A stretch of DNA of 63,888 bases, counting the filler, from Octopus bimaculoides (Eukaryota): the NCBI RefSeq assembly GCF_001194135.2. It is 4 parts of 4 records of this genome, joined end to end, with 100 filler letters (N's around TTAATTAATTAA, not from the genome) between each part and the next. Parts side by side here need not be neighbours in the genome. Positions count along the whole stretch, not along the records: positions 34,271 to 48,292 come from NC_068985.1; positions 48,393 to 63,888 come from NC_068981.1; 2 more parts are not named here. One strand, given 5' to 3'. Position 1 is the first letter of the stretch; every line of letters begins with the position of its first letter. Below the pieces are notes generated by a model. It saw nothing but the letters and a program-made list of their open reading frames with translations, was not told where the DNA came from and did no database searches. Shown here piece by piece: positions 40,731 to 52,769 of the stretch. The position numbers and the translations under genes were made by a program.

Positions 40731-41100
40731 CACATAATTATGCCTATATATCTATGTATATAGGAAAAACAGTTAGTTTTTTCCTGTTGCAGGGTTGGGA
40801 TTCCTTCCCCATTTGCCAATTAGAACCATGCCAACAGCTTCATGAATCGTGATGGGCGGAACTGATGTAAGGGAGATAACCCTGTCCCACCTGAAACCCT
40901 ACCTGAAGGTATGGTGTTTTCCTCCCTCCAGGTAGAGAGTAGGGTTACACGTTACCATTATGGTAGACAGATTATGTGCCTCCTGTCATTTGAGTCTGTC
41001 GAGTAAGCTATACAACAAAGTGTTTTATTGGTGCAAAATTAATGGTCACTCTCTGACCGGTCATAAGAATCAACCTTCTAAATATATATACGTATGTATG

Positions 41101-41157
<57 letters not shown>

Positions 41158-41182
41158 TGCACACACACATATACACACATAT

Positions 41183-41490
41183 GTGAAGGCACATGGCTCA
41201 GTGGTTAGTGCATCAGGCTCACAATCATGAGGTAGTGAGTTCAATTCCTGGAACGGGCTGTATGTTATGTTCTTGAGCAAGATAATTTATATCACATTGT
41301 TCCAGTTCACTCAGCTGTAGCAGTGAGTTGCGACATCACTGGTGCCAAGTTGCATCAGCCTTTGCCTTTCCCTTGGACATCAGTAGCATGGAGAAGGGAG
41401 GCTGGTATGCATGGGTGACTGCTGGTCTTCCATACAACTTTGCCCGTACTTGCGTCTCAGAGGGGAACTTTCTAAGTGCATTAATGACTG
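41183..41490 (+). mobile_element. tRNA-derived SINE (family C)
   Basis: GGCACATGGCTCAGTGGTTAG A box, GAGTTCAATTCC B box and TTCTTGAGCAAG centre. Confidence 0.75.
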
Positions 41491-41646
41491 ACATGGGTCT
41501 TTATCCGTAATACATATGAACATGTTTCATTTGTAAATATGAGGTACATGATTGTACATGTAGGAGAAGCATGTAAGACATCTCCTATGAGAAATTCTTC
41601 AGACAGAAAATCAAATGATACAAAATTTACATTTGGATGATACATT

Positions 41647-41699
<53 letters not shown>

Positions 41700-42171
41700 A
41701 GCAATGTGTATAGCAAACAGGAGTCCAATAGATAGTTGGATGGGAAATTAAAGAACAAAATGCTGCCACTACTGTCACTATCATCATCATATTCATCATC
41801 TTCATTGTCGTCGTCGTCGTCATCATCATCATCATCATCATCATCCCCATCGACATCATCACCATCATCATCATCATCATTACCAGCAGCATCACCATCA
41901 TCAACATCATCTTTATACATGTCATTGTTTGCATTAATGTCTACCAGTGTTAACCAATATGTCACATGATATATCCCTTTGTTTATCAAAGCATAACATG
42001 ATGATTTCAGTAAAGACCCACTGATCAGATATGGATCTTGACTGAAATAAGTAACAGTATCAAAAGCACCTACTGAAAATTCTTGAACATAGTGCCCTAG
42101 AATTGGTAGTTAAATAATAAAAGGATAAAAATACAGTCAGTGTGAAAGACAATAAGTCAACTCATACATAC

Positions 42172-42333
42172 ACTTCCCATAGAAGTGATTGCCGTGATGT
42201 AGCCTTCATCCTTTTCCACCTTCTTTCTATACCGCATCACCTGCTCAACTTCCTGACAATTGACATCTTTTGGCCATCCACCTTCTTTGTGATTAATCCC
42301 GTGTACTTCATATTCATAGCTTTCAGTGTTTGT
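42172..42333 (-). CDS. DNAI2: DNAI2 second coding exon (162 bp)
   Basis: TNTESYEYEVHGINHKEGGWPKDVNCQEVEQVMRYRKKVEKDEGYITAITSMGS, containing the EGGWPKDV motif. Acceptor TATTGCAG, donor AGT|GTATGT, phase 0/0. Confidence 0.96.
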
Positions 42334-42881
42334 CTGCAATACAGGGAGAAAGAATAACAAACTTAATGTTCTTTTCTACACTAGACACAAGGCCTAAAAT
42401 TTTTGGAGAGGTGGGGCAATTGATTAGATCAACCCCAGTATGCAACTGGTACTTGATTTATCGGCCCCAAAAGGATGAAAGGCAAAGTCGACCTCAGCGG
42501 AATTTGAACTGAGAACATAAAGACAAATGAAATACCACTAAGCATTTCGCCCGGCATGCTAACGTTTCTGCCAGCTCGCCGCCTTATAACAACCTTAATG
42601 TTGGAAATTTGCTGAAGTTTTCAAGTTTCTGATATATCTATCTACATACCATTCAATGTGTAAACATTCATATCTAAAGGAATACAGAAACATTGCATGA
42701 AACATTGAAATCGTCATTGAATGGATGCATACAAATGGAGAGAAAAAAACAAGTGACAGTGATTTTGAAGTTTCACCTGTAACAGTTCATCAGACTCTAC
42801 GTCCATATCAAGTTAACCACTGTTTTTATTATTCCTTAAAAACACCAATATTAAATAAATAAATAAATTGCGTAATATTAT

Positions 42882-44088
42882 ATATAAAATCTTGCAGATA
42901 AATTGTGACAATTTTTACAATGCATAAAACTGGTCGTAAATACTAAAATAGTGGTAATAGACAGATATATGGCTGCCCTTTTGGGTAATAACTGCCTCTA
43001 TATGAGAACGAAATTTTTTGCAGCTGCTGCAACCTCCACTTTTTTGGTTTTGTGGGTTGCATGCATGATTCAGGTCTTCAAACTGTTGACACTTGAGTGT
43101 GGTGAAGCATTGGTCCTTGCTTGAAGTACACCCCATGAAAAGTAATCAAGAAGGTTGAGATCTGGGCTATTACTGGGCCAGATGTTGGCTCTCACAAAAA
43201 ATGGCACCTTCTCACCAAGGAAGGCCTGTGTTACTTTTGACCTGTGGTATGGTGCAGAATCTTGGATAAGCACCACATTGTCAAGCCCAAACTTCTGCTC
43301 TATCCAAGGTAACAGAGAGTTCTTCAGTATTTTCAGATACTCCTTTGTGTTGATCTTCAAGTCAGACTCAATGAAGTGTGGACTCATGACACTTCCAAAT
43401 ACCAACACAGAGGTAGGATTCTTAGTCTCGAACACAGGAGCAATGTCAGAAAAGTATGCAATCACTTGAGAATTTCTGCCATTCACCTCAGTGTCCACAG
43501 TGAACTTCTTCTCGTCCACAAACACAAGAGTTTTTCCTGCACTCTGACGCTTGATGAACGACAAGGTTTGGGCATCTCTTGGCTCTGATTGTTTTAGCCT
43601 TGGCTGTGTGTAGATGATGGTATCGTCAAACATAGCTAGTCATACTAAAGTTCCTATTCACAGCTCTGGACAGTGTGGAAAGAGACACATTGCATTTCTT
43701 TGCAAGAGTTGTCGTGGATGTGGATGGGCTGGCTTCAATCGAGCATTTGAGGTCAGCAAGAAACATTGGATTGCACCTGGAATCACTTTGAGTCTTTCTA
43801 TGAATCTTGCCCACTTCTTTAAATTATTTATACACATGATAAACTGTTGCTTTTGGAAGTTTCGCCAACTTAACAATTTTATTGGCAGTTGTGCCTAGTG
43901 TGTGCCAAAACAACAATGGTGGAATGATTCTGTTGTTCCATAACTTTCTGTTGTTGAATCAGTTCACTATTTACCTGAAAAATAAAGAGGAGGATTAAAT
44001 TTTCAAGCAGAGTTTTGTCCAAAAATGAAATATTAAACCCACTAAATTAACTGCTTAAAATTGATCTCAATTTATCTGCAAGACCATG

Positions 44089-44092
<4 letters not shown>
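42882..44092 (-). mobile_element. Near full-length maT (DD37D) transposon, frameshifted
   Basis: FVDEKKFTVD...QDSAPYH...WPSNSPDLNLLDY has 37 residues between the last two Asp. Inverted TCTTGCAGATAAATTG lies at ~42890 and ~44068-44083. Confidence 0.92.
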
Positions 44093-44123
<31 letters not shown>

Positions 44124-44377
44124 CATACAGGTTACACACACACACACACACACACATATATACATATATCGTTAAATGCTTTAAATGAGTAGTAGATGGA
44201 CAGCCGACAACTGATCAAGGGTTGTTCTTTATGTTACTTGTCTTGTTTTCCATTTGTTTCTCTCGTTGTTCACATACCCAAGTTTGTCTCCGTATTTCAT
44301 GTTGTTTACATTTTGTGACATCCTGTACCCATATATGCGTAACTATATACATATATATATATGTTTGTGTGTGTGTG

Positions 44378-44421
<44 letters not shown>

Positions 44422-45547
44422 NNNNNNNNNNNNNNNNNNNNNNNNNNNNNNNNNNNNNNNNNNNNNNNNNNNNNNNNNNNNNNNNNNNNNNNNNNNNNNN
44501 NNNNNNNNNNNNNNNNNNNNNNNNNNNNNNNNNNNNNNNNNNNNNNNNNNNNNNNNNNNNNNNNNNNNNNNNNNNNNNNNNNNNNNNNNNNNNNNNNNNN
44601 NNNNNNNNNNNNNNNNNNNNNNNNNNNNNNNNNNNNNNNNNNNNNNNNNNNNNNNNNNNNNNNNNNNNNNNNNNNNNNNNNNNNNNNNNNNNNNNNNNNN
44701 NNNNNNNNNNNNNNNNNNNNNNNNNNNNNNNNNNNNNNNNNNNNNNNNNNNNNNNNNNNNNNNNNNNNNNNNNNNNNNNNNNNNNNNNNNNNNNNNNNNN
44801 NNNNNNNNNNNNNNNNNNNNNNNNNNNNNNNNNNNNNNNNNNNNNNNNNNNNNNNNNNNNNNNNNNNNNNNNNNNNNNNNNNNNNNNNNNNNNNNNNNNN
44901 NNNNNNNNNNNNNNNNNNNNNNNNNNNNNNNNNNNNNNNNNNNNNNNNNNNNNNNNNNNNNNNNNNNNNNNNNNNNNNNNNNNNNNNNNNNNNNNNNNNN
45001 NNNNNNNNNNNNNNNNNNNNNNNNNNNNNNNNNNNNNNNNNNNNNNNNNNNNNNNNNNNNNNNNNNNNNNNNNNNNNNNNNNNNNNNNNNNNNNNNNNNN
45101 NNNNNNNNNNNNNNNNNNNNNNNNNNNNNNNNNNNNNNNNNNNNNNNNNNNNNNNNNNNNNNNNNNNNNNNNNNNNNNNNNNNNNNNNNNNNNNNNNNNN
45201 NNNNNNNNNNNNNNNTATATATATATATATATATATATATCAGTGAATAGTGTAAACATTAGCAAGGTAGCCAACAAAATCCAGCACTTTCAAATAAAAT
45301 TACTCAGTATATAGTAGTATTTGAACTGCAACGTCAGACAATCACCTGTTACTCTCTGTATTAAAAATCCAATGAGCCAACGCTTACTCCCTTAAAAACC
45401 TGTAAACAACACAATTGCTCTCTAATTGCAATATCATTGTATTGCTGTGTTGACCAAACTGTTGAATGTTGTTATACATCACTGGTCACAATGCACTTCC
45501 TTGCAGTGTTGTAGCTTTTGAATGACGCTACCCCATTGGCTAGAGAG

Positions 45548-46170
45548 GTGGAGGCACATGGCTTAGTGGTTAGTGTGTTGAACTCATGATTATAAGATTG
45601 TGGTTTTGATTCCTTGACTGGGCAACACATTGTGTTCTTGAGCAAAATACTTCATACCACGTTGCTCTAGTCCACTCAGATGGCAAAAATGGAGAATTTA
45701 TAAGCCATAGAAACCAGGAAATTGTCCCTTATGAGTTGGCATTGTGGAGGCATGTGGCTTAGAGGTTAAGATGTTGGAATGATGATTGTAAGATTGTCGT
45801 TTCAATTCTGGAACTGTGTGATGCATTGTGTTCTTGAGCAAGGCACTTCATTTCATGTTTATCCAGTCCACTCAGCTGGCAAAAATGAGTACTCCTGTGA
45901 TGAACAGACATCCCATCCAGGTGGAGAATTTATAAGCTATGGAAACCGAAAGCCAGGCCTTATGAATCGGTATCGTGGAGGCGAGTGACTTAGTAGTTAG
46001 GGTGTTGGAATTATGATCATAAGATTGTGGTTTCGATTCCTGGACCAGGCAATGTGTTATGTTCTTGAGCAAAACACTTAATTTCACATTGCTCAGCTGT
46101 CAAAAGTGAGTAATCCTGTGACTGACTGGCATCCCGTTCAGGAGGGGAATTTATACATGATGGACTCTAA
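45548..46170 (+). mobile_element. Tandem trimer of family-C SINE units
   Basis: GGAGGC..TGGCTTAGTGGTTAG heads at ~45548, ~45746 and ~45977, each followed by TGTGTTCTTGAGCAA. Confidence 0.8.
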
Positions 46171-46367
46171 TGAGTCAGTATGATCTTTTTACTTTACTGG
46201 CTAGAGAGATAGGTAAGATAATATTCCCGCTGAAAAGAATGCCAGTCTATTTACACCTGAGTGGGTTGGAGTAATGTGAAATGAAATGTTTTGCTCTGGA
46301 ACACAAGGCACCACTTTTCTGAAAATTGAAACCACAACTTTGCGATTGTGAGTGTAACACCCTAACC

Positions 46368-46662
46368 CAGGGGTTTTCAAACTTTTTGACTTGCAGACCC
46401 CTTTATGTTTCAGGCTTTACCTTAGGGACCCCCTTATAAACGCTTATGAAATTTATACATAAATATTTGCTTAAAATAACATATATTTTTACATTTATTT
46501 ATTTAACAGTATTTAACAAATAGGTTTATTGTCAATTAAAAGATTTCGATTAAAAAACATATAAAATCAAATTGCCCATAAAAAGTATTTGCTGTCCACG
46601 GACCCCCTGTCTTGTCCTTGCAGACCCCCTGTGGTCCGCGGACCACAGTTTGAAAACCCCTG
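46368..46662. mobile_element. hAT MITE inserted in a SINE, in the first DNAI2 coding-region intron
   Basis: Perfect 16-bp TIR CAGGGGTTTTCAAACT and perfect 8-bp TSD CCCTAACC (46360-46367 and 46663-46670). Confidence 0.93.
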
Positions 46663-46755
46663 CCCTAACCTCTAGGCTACATGCCTTCACACATGCAATA
46701 TAAGATACAATAGATAAGTTGGTAGAAATGGAGTGTAAAATAAATATTATCTCAC

Positions 46756-46938
46756 GGTGTGCTCGGACATTTCAGGGACACATTGTATACCCCTGTGAAC
46801 AGGATCCCGCTCAATGAAATCAACTAATTTACTTGGATCAGGTTCTATGTCCACATGAAGCTCTGCAGCACGATCTGTGAAGTTACATTGTCGTCCAAAT
46901 TCAGCTCGTTTCTTAACATACACATAAACAATATCCAT
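46756..46938 (-). CDS. DNAI2: Axonemal dynein intermediate chain 2, first coding exon (61 codons)
   Basis: Translates [61 protein letters not shown], matching the human DNAI2 N-terminus as recalled ([27 protein letters not shown]...). Phase-0 donor ACC|GTGAGA. An acceptor TTTCTTTAG lies 18 nt upstream of the ATG (exon starts 46956), implying a 5' UTR exon further upstream. Confidence 0.96.
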
Positions 46939-47104
46939 CGTTGGTGTGGATAAATTCTAAAGAAATGATAAACCATAATAATTAGCATTATACAGAAATT
47001 AAAATGCTGAAAAAGGGACAATTATACCAAATAAAATAAAAGATTATCTATCAGTATTGAAAGTTTATCTGTTGTGTCTTCAAACATTGCAATTTATTCT
47101 TTTA

Positions 47105-47354
47105 TTTTTTTTTTATTTGTTTCAGTCATTTGACTGCAACCATGCAGGAGCACCGCCTTCAAGGATATTTTAGTTGAAGAAATCGACCCCAGGACTTATT
47201 ATTTGTAAGCCTAGTACTTATTCTATAAGTCTCTTTTAACTGGGACGTAAACACATCAATATCAGTTGTCAAGCGATTGTGGTGGGACAAACACAGACAC
47301 ACAGATATACACACACACATGCGCGCCTACACACACACACATACACACACATGA

Positions 47355-47393
<39 letters not shown>

Positions 47394-47510
47394 CACACAC
47401 TATAGGCTTCTTTCAGTTTCTGTCTACCAAGGTCCCATGTAGTAGGACTGAACCTGGAATCATGTGGTTGAGAAGCAAGCTTCTTACTACATGGCCACAC
47501 CTGTGCCTAG
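47105..47510 (-). mobile_element. Family-A SINE upstream of the first DNAI2 coding exon
   Basis: TTTCAGTCATTTGACTGCAACCATGC...GAAATCGACCCCAGGACTTATT...GAAGCAAGCTTCTTAC. Confidence 0.85.
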
Positions 47511-48292
47511 ACAAATGTTTTCTAAAATTTGCACACATATCCAAAACCATTCAGGAATTATGTGTGAATCATGTGGTATGACGTCAGTGTCTGGGGAAAC
47601 TGACCGGAAGGGCGAGTCGACCGGAAGGGGAAACAGGGCAGAGGGAGCCNNNNNNNNNNNNNNNNNNNNNNNNNNNNNNNNNNNNNNNNNNNNNNNNNNN
47701 NNNNNNNNNNNNNNNNNNNNNNNNNNNNNNNNNNNNNNNNNNNNNNNNNATATATATATACACACAAGACAATTGATGGTATGTCAAGTATTGTTCAACA
47801 AAGATTCCAGATTTATTAAAATTATCTAGACCTCTAGAGGATGTATCATAATACTAATCCACTGGAACAAGGGAGATAATCTCAAGATCCTAGACCTCCA
47901 AAATTGACTTGTTATTAAGGAGGACATCCTTATTGTCCAGAGATACATGTATAGTCATATATACATATGTATCACACACACATACGTGTATTTATGTATG
48001 CATATGCATGAAAAACTGAAAAATCAGTAGAAGCACAACATATACTTAGTTTCTGTTGATACTTGACAATATAGCTTAGTTTGTGTGCATGTGCTGCTAT
48101 AAGAATATATATACTTCTTAACGTATCAGTTGCGTTTAGATAACCTGCTACAAAAAGCAATAGTACGAAAGTGTATAACAGCTGCGACCATCTAGTCAAT
48201 AATATATACATGTATGTATGCATGTATGTATGTATGTATATATACATATATATATACACGCACACACATATATATATGTGTGTATATATATA

Positions 48293-48392
48293 NNNNNNNN
48301 NNNNNNNNNNNNNNNNNNNNNNNNNNNNNNNNNNNNTTAATTAATTAANNNNNNNNNNNNNNNNNNNNNNNNNNNNNNNNNNNNNNNNNNNN
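48293..48392. other. Artificial scaffold join
   Basis: 44 N + TTAATTAATTAA + 44 N. Confidence 0.95.
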
Positions 48393-48665
48393 TGCGGCTC
48401 CAACACCTTCAGTCCTCAGAGCACGCATCCTTGCCCTGACAGCACACCCTTCGTGTTTAGCATTGAAGTGTTGGTCGAGGGCCAACCTCGCCGCTAAAAC
48501 GTCGGATGCGATGCCACTTCGCAATGCCTCTTCTAACTTTATCACTAGCTCCCCCTCTACTTTGTTCCTCTCTACAGCTAGTGCCCTGCTATACCTTATT
48601 GCTTCCGCCCTTACTGCTCTCTTGAGGGCAAACGACCATTTGTTGTTGACGATGGCTCCCGTCAA
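48393..48665 (-). mobile_element. Tx1/L1-clade LINE ORF2 fragment (EN-RT linker)
   Basis: IVNNKWSFALKRAVRAEAIRYSRAL...HFNAKHEGCAVRARMR resembles the W..K..IR...RSR linker. Confidence 0.6.
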
Positions 48666-48672
48666 AAGATCA

Positions 48673-48708
<36 letters not shown>

Positions 48709-49489
48709 GCATATAGAAAACCAGAAAAGTGAAAAGTGAAAAGTGAGGGTTGCAATAAGTAAAAAGCATTAGTCAGAGAGAGAGGGGGATAAAGAGGGAA
48801 GAAAGAGAGGGGACGGGACAGGAGATAAGGAGAGAGGGGATAGAATGATAGGAGAAAGGGAGGGGAGAAAGTGCGGAGAAAGAGAGGGGAGAAAGTGAGG
48901 AGAAAGACAGGGAGCAAAGAAATTATGTGACAGATACACAGAACCAAAGGTCTCGGATCTCTCCCCTTTACTGTGAAAGGAAAACAAGAACAAAAAACAT
49001 GAACAAATCCCCAAGTGTAAAACGTCATAACAGAGAAGACCCAGAAAAAAAAAACGGTTGCTAATTGAATTATTTTGTACAAGTAACGATTGGCATGCGT
49101 CTTTTTAATTGCTTCTCAGTACTTTCTTAATGCACTCATATCCGTTCTAATTCATTTCCACTTGCGGAAACGCACCCAGTTATCAATGTGAAATTTCCTT
49201 CCTAAAGACACCTAGACGGTTTTTTCTTTGTTTTGTTTTGTCCGATTATTTTTTTTTCTCAAAGCACGTAAAAAAGAAAAGTTTAAAAATAAACAAGTAA
49301 ATAAATTCTCCACAATGTTTATATTTATATATAGACATACACTTCTTACATATATTGCACACACACACACACACATATATATACATAATAACCAAAAGTG
49401 CAGAACATTTTTTTTTTAAATGTACAACTACTAAGATAATCCGAATTGTTAAAAAATGTCTCGCCACACGGGGCCAGTCATCAGTGTCG

Positions 49490-49502
49490 GTCTCCATGTA
49501 AC
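49490..49502. promoter_or_regulatory. RFX X-box-like motif in a CpG-containing unique region
   Basis: GTCTCCATGTAAC is one base short of GTYNCC-AT-RGNAAC. A minus-strand donor AAT|GTGAGT lies at 49532. RFX commonly controls ciliary genes, but this site is across an artificial join from DNAI2. Confidence 0.3.
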
Positions 49503-50746
49503 GGCAGATAGCTGTGAGCTCTATAACTCACATTTGGTTAGCGTTCAGTGTTGCATTTTCAAGACATTTATTAGGTGTAGAGTATAAAATGTGAAGCCAC
49601 TCTTTTCTACCTTAGGCTCAAGGCCCTAAATTTGGGGAGAGGGTGCCAGTCGATTAGATCGACTCCAGTATGCAACTGGTACTTAATTTATCGACCATGG
49701 CGGAATTTGAACTCAGAACGTAAAGACAGACGAAATAATGTGAAGCCACTCTATTCCACGAACTGAAACTTGAGTGTCCAGTCATCACACTCATCGGAAT
49801 TTATTAAGGACGGTTGCAGCAGTGGAATTGCCATCCATGCTTTGTAAATCTAACAGGGAGCATCAGTCTAGCGTGAATGTTTTATACTAGATACACGAGT
49901 CGTAGAAACTAGACGATCGGTACTATCTTTAATATATTAACCGATATCTAACGAGTTACACAACAGAAAAGTGAGAAATAATGTTAATGGGAAAATTTGT
50001 CTCATCCAGTATTCTTTTTTCTACTGTTTAAATGTAAATTAAATGGATGATATTGCTAATTAAAACAAGTATCCGTATATCTCTTAGCTAATTGGTAGTT
50101 TCTTAAAGTACATTAGCGTGTCTGAGAGTAATGGCCAAAGCATTGTAGAAAACAACGTGCTGTTCACTGGAAAATAATTGTTCTGCCACTTAATAAAACA
50201 TTAAAGGTATCTTTTTCCTTTGTTGTCGTAGTGATAGTCGTGACGGGGACGGTAAACGTGAAATGTTTTAAGGAAAAATGGGAACACTGAAAGAAAATTA
50301 AAACAATAAAAGAAAGCTTCTATTTTGTAGATAGTTGTCTCTAATTGATTTTACATTTGACATGCATGTTACAGATAATATTTATTGCTTCGCTTTTATT
50401 TTGTTTTTTCTTACTTTCTTCTTTCAACAGGTTGCATGTGTATATCTATAATGCATTTTAGCAAGTAGTAAGCTAACAACAACTTTTAAAAACTTGCTGT
50501 CACTTGAAATTTTGCAAAAAGTAAAGTGAAATATAACGCACAAATATACAAAGCATATAAAAATGAAGTAATTATAAGTGTATATATTTATTTGTTAGTG
50601 TGTGCGTGTGTGTGTGGGTGTGGGTGTGTGTGTGTGGGTGTGGGTGTGTGTGTGTGTGGGTGTGGGTGTGTGTGTGTTTATGCAATTAAGTAGATATATC
50701 ACGAAATTGCATAACCTATAAATATGTATGCATGTGTATATATGTA

Positions 50747-50790
<44 letters not shown>

Positions 50791-51703
50791 CGTGCGCAGA
50801 GGACAATACTTTAGCCAACTCAGTACCCACTCCTGCTCGTCAACAGTTTTCCCAACTCATATATGAGAGCACAATTTATACCAAAGTTGTCCTTTATTCA
50901 TAGCTCTGTTCATGATAAAATTGACCATTATAGGAAAAATTATATTTGTGTATAGCGCAATACGTATTATCAACAGTTGACCACATCTGTTATTCAAATT
51001 TTAGACGCCGTAAGAAATATTAGGCAAGTCAGTAATTTATCTACGGCACAAGAGTCTCACTTCATAACATACAATAGTTAATTGACTCTTGAAACAACAC
51101 ATTTGCTGTAAACGATATAACTATTACATTAAATCATGTAGCAATGGAACACGGGATTTAATTTCCGTTCAGAATTCAAACTTAATCGGAGATGTCAGAG
51201 CCACTAAAAATTTTCATCAGATGTAACGATGGCAATATCTAAGAATTTTTCATAGTTCCTGCATGAATTAATACAATATGTATATTAAACAATTATATTG
51301 TTCATCTTAAATTGGAAAGTTGAATTATATTTCATCCTACACACTCGCAGATAAATAGTGACCCCTGAAATATTATGCAATTTAAGTTAATCTGACCGTA
51401 TGATATATATCTATGAAATGAGTAATTTCTGATTTTTCGTTTTTTTCCCCCTGAACTGTTTGAACTCATTACATTGCAAGTATTGAATCATCATTTTGTA
51501 CTGTTGCATCATCTTTTGGAGTAAAAAATGGTCAGCGCAGTTTTTATTGTTGAAGTTGGATGTGGAACGAAGACCCGTGACAGGCACTTTTATTCAAGAA
51601 AGTTTTCCTCAACTTTGACCACTGAAGTATCTGGATAAATTTTGGTGTTTAACAATCAAATTATTTTCTCTGTTGCATACATAGCTAGAGAGAGAGAGAT
51701 AGT

Positions 51704-51769
<66 letters not shown>

Positions 51770-51820
51770 CAACTATTTAAAGATCTATCAACTAACACAT
51801 ACGCACTCACACACACCCAC

Positions 51821-51861
<41 letters not shown>

Positions 51862-52272
51862 NNNNNNNNNNNNNNNNNNNNNNNNNNNNNNNNNNNNNNN
51901 NNNNNNNNNNNNNNNNNNNNNNNNNNNNNNNNNNNNNNNNNNNNNNNNNNNNNNNNNNNNNNNNNNNNNNNNNNNNNNNNNNNNNNNNNNNNNNNNNNNN
52001 NNNNNNNNNNNNNNNNNNNNNNNNNNNNNNNNNNNNNNNNNNNNNNNNNNNNNNNNNNNNNNNNNNNNNNNNNNNNNNNNNNNNNNNNNNNNNNNNNNNN
52101 NNNNNNNNNNNNNNNNNNNNNNNNNNNNNNNNNNNNNNNNNNNNNNNNNNNNNNNNNNNNNNNNNNNNNNNNNNNNNNNNNNNNNNNNNNNNNNNNNNNN
52201 NNNNNNNNNNNNNNNNNNNNNNNNNNNNNNNNNNNNNNNNNNNNNNNNNNNNNNNNNNNNNNNNNNNNNNNN

Positions 52273-52303
<31 letters not shown>

Positions 52304-52439
52304 CATACTCACACACAGACACACACACACACACACATACACACACACACACACACACACAAATGTACCTAACAGAAACGCTACAAGACGAGCGCACGAC
52401 ACGAGAGAACAGGTGTTTCGGCCCTTACACCTTACACTC

Positions 52440-52765
52440 TACGGGAGCCGAGCCCACCCAAGTCATGACTCTTAGGTTTCCACCTGCTGGTTTCTAAAAT
52501 ACTGTCTCTAGTGGAGCCTGATACTGGGTCGATCGTTTTGTGAACTTGTGTTCACAGATCTGTGTTTCAGCCCACTAGACCATTGTGACCGACGTAGGAA
52601 CCAACTCGCTTCTTCCTCTAATCCTGTAAATAACTAGTGGAATCCATAACTAGGTCCATTTGTCATTCCTCTTCGCCCATATCCACGTTGATCTCATTTC
52701 AACAATACCAGGTACGCGTTTGATTGCAGCAGTTCTTTTGCGCCTTTGACACCCAACTGGCCGAA
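52440..52765 (-). mobile_element. Possible Gypsy-like integrase remnant
   Basis: GQLGVKGAKELLQSNAY and E.QMDL loosely resemble the integrase HHCC/core entry. Heavily decayed. Confidence 0.25.
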
Positions 52766-52769
52766 CCAG

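Noticed and set aside
40858-40905. CTGATGTAAGGGAGATAACCCT...GAAACCC resembling the 57.2-kb hammerhead
   Set aside because: It has an extra base in the core, a 9-nt insertion and no stems I or III, so it may be coincidence.
41648-41989. Asp-rich ORF on the DNAI2 strand
   Set aside because: It is a (GAT)n simple repeat. The flanking DNAI2 exons already join in frame without it.
50401-50475. Strong plus-strand acceptor (TTCAACAG at 50430) as SWAP70 exon 2
   Set aside because: The phase-0 frame reads VACVYL then stop, with no similarity to VLSHNL. It could only be a non-coding or cryptic exon.
52405-52450. Minus-strand CCGAAACACCTGT half-hammerhead
   Set aside because: No intact CUGANGA or stem II.
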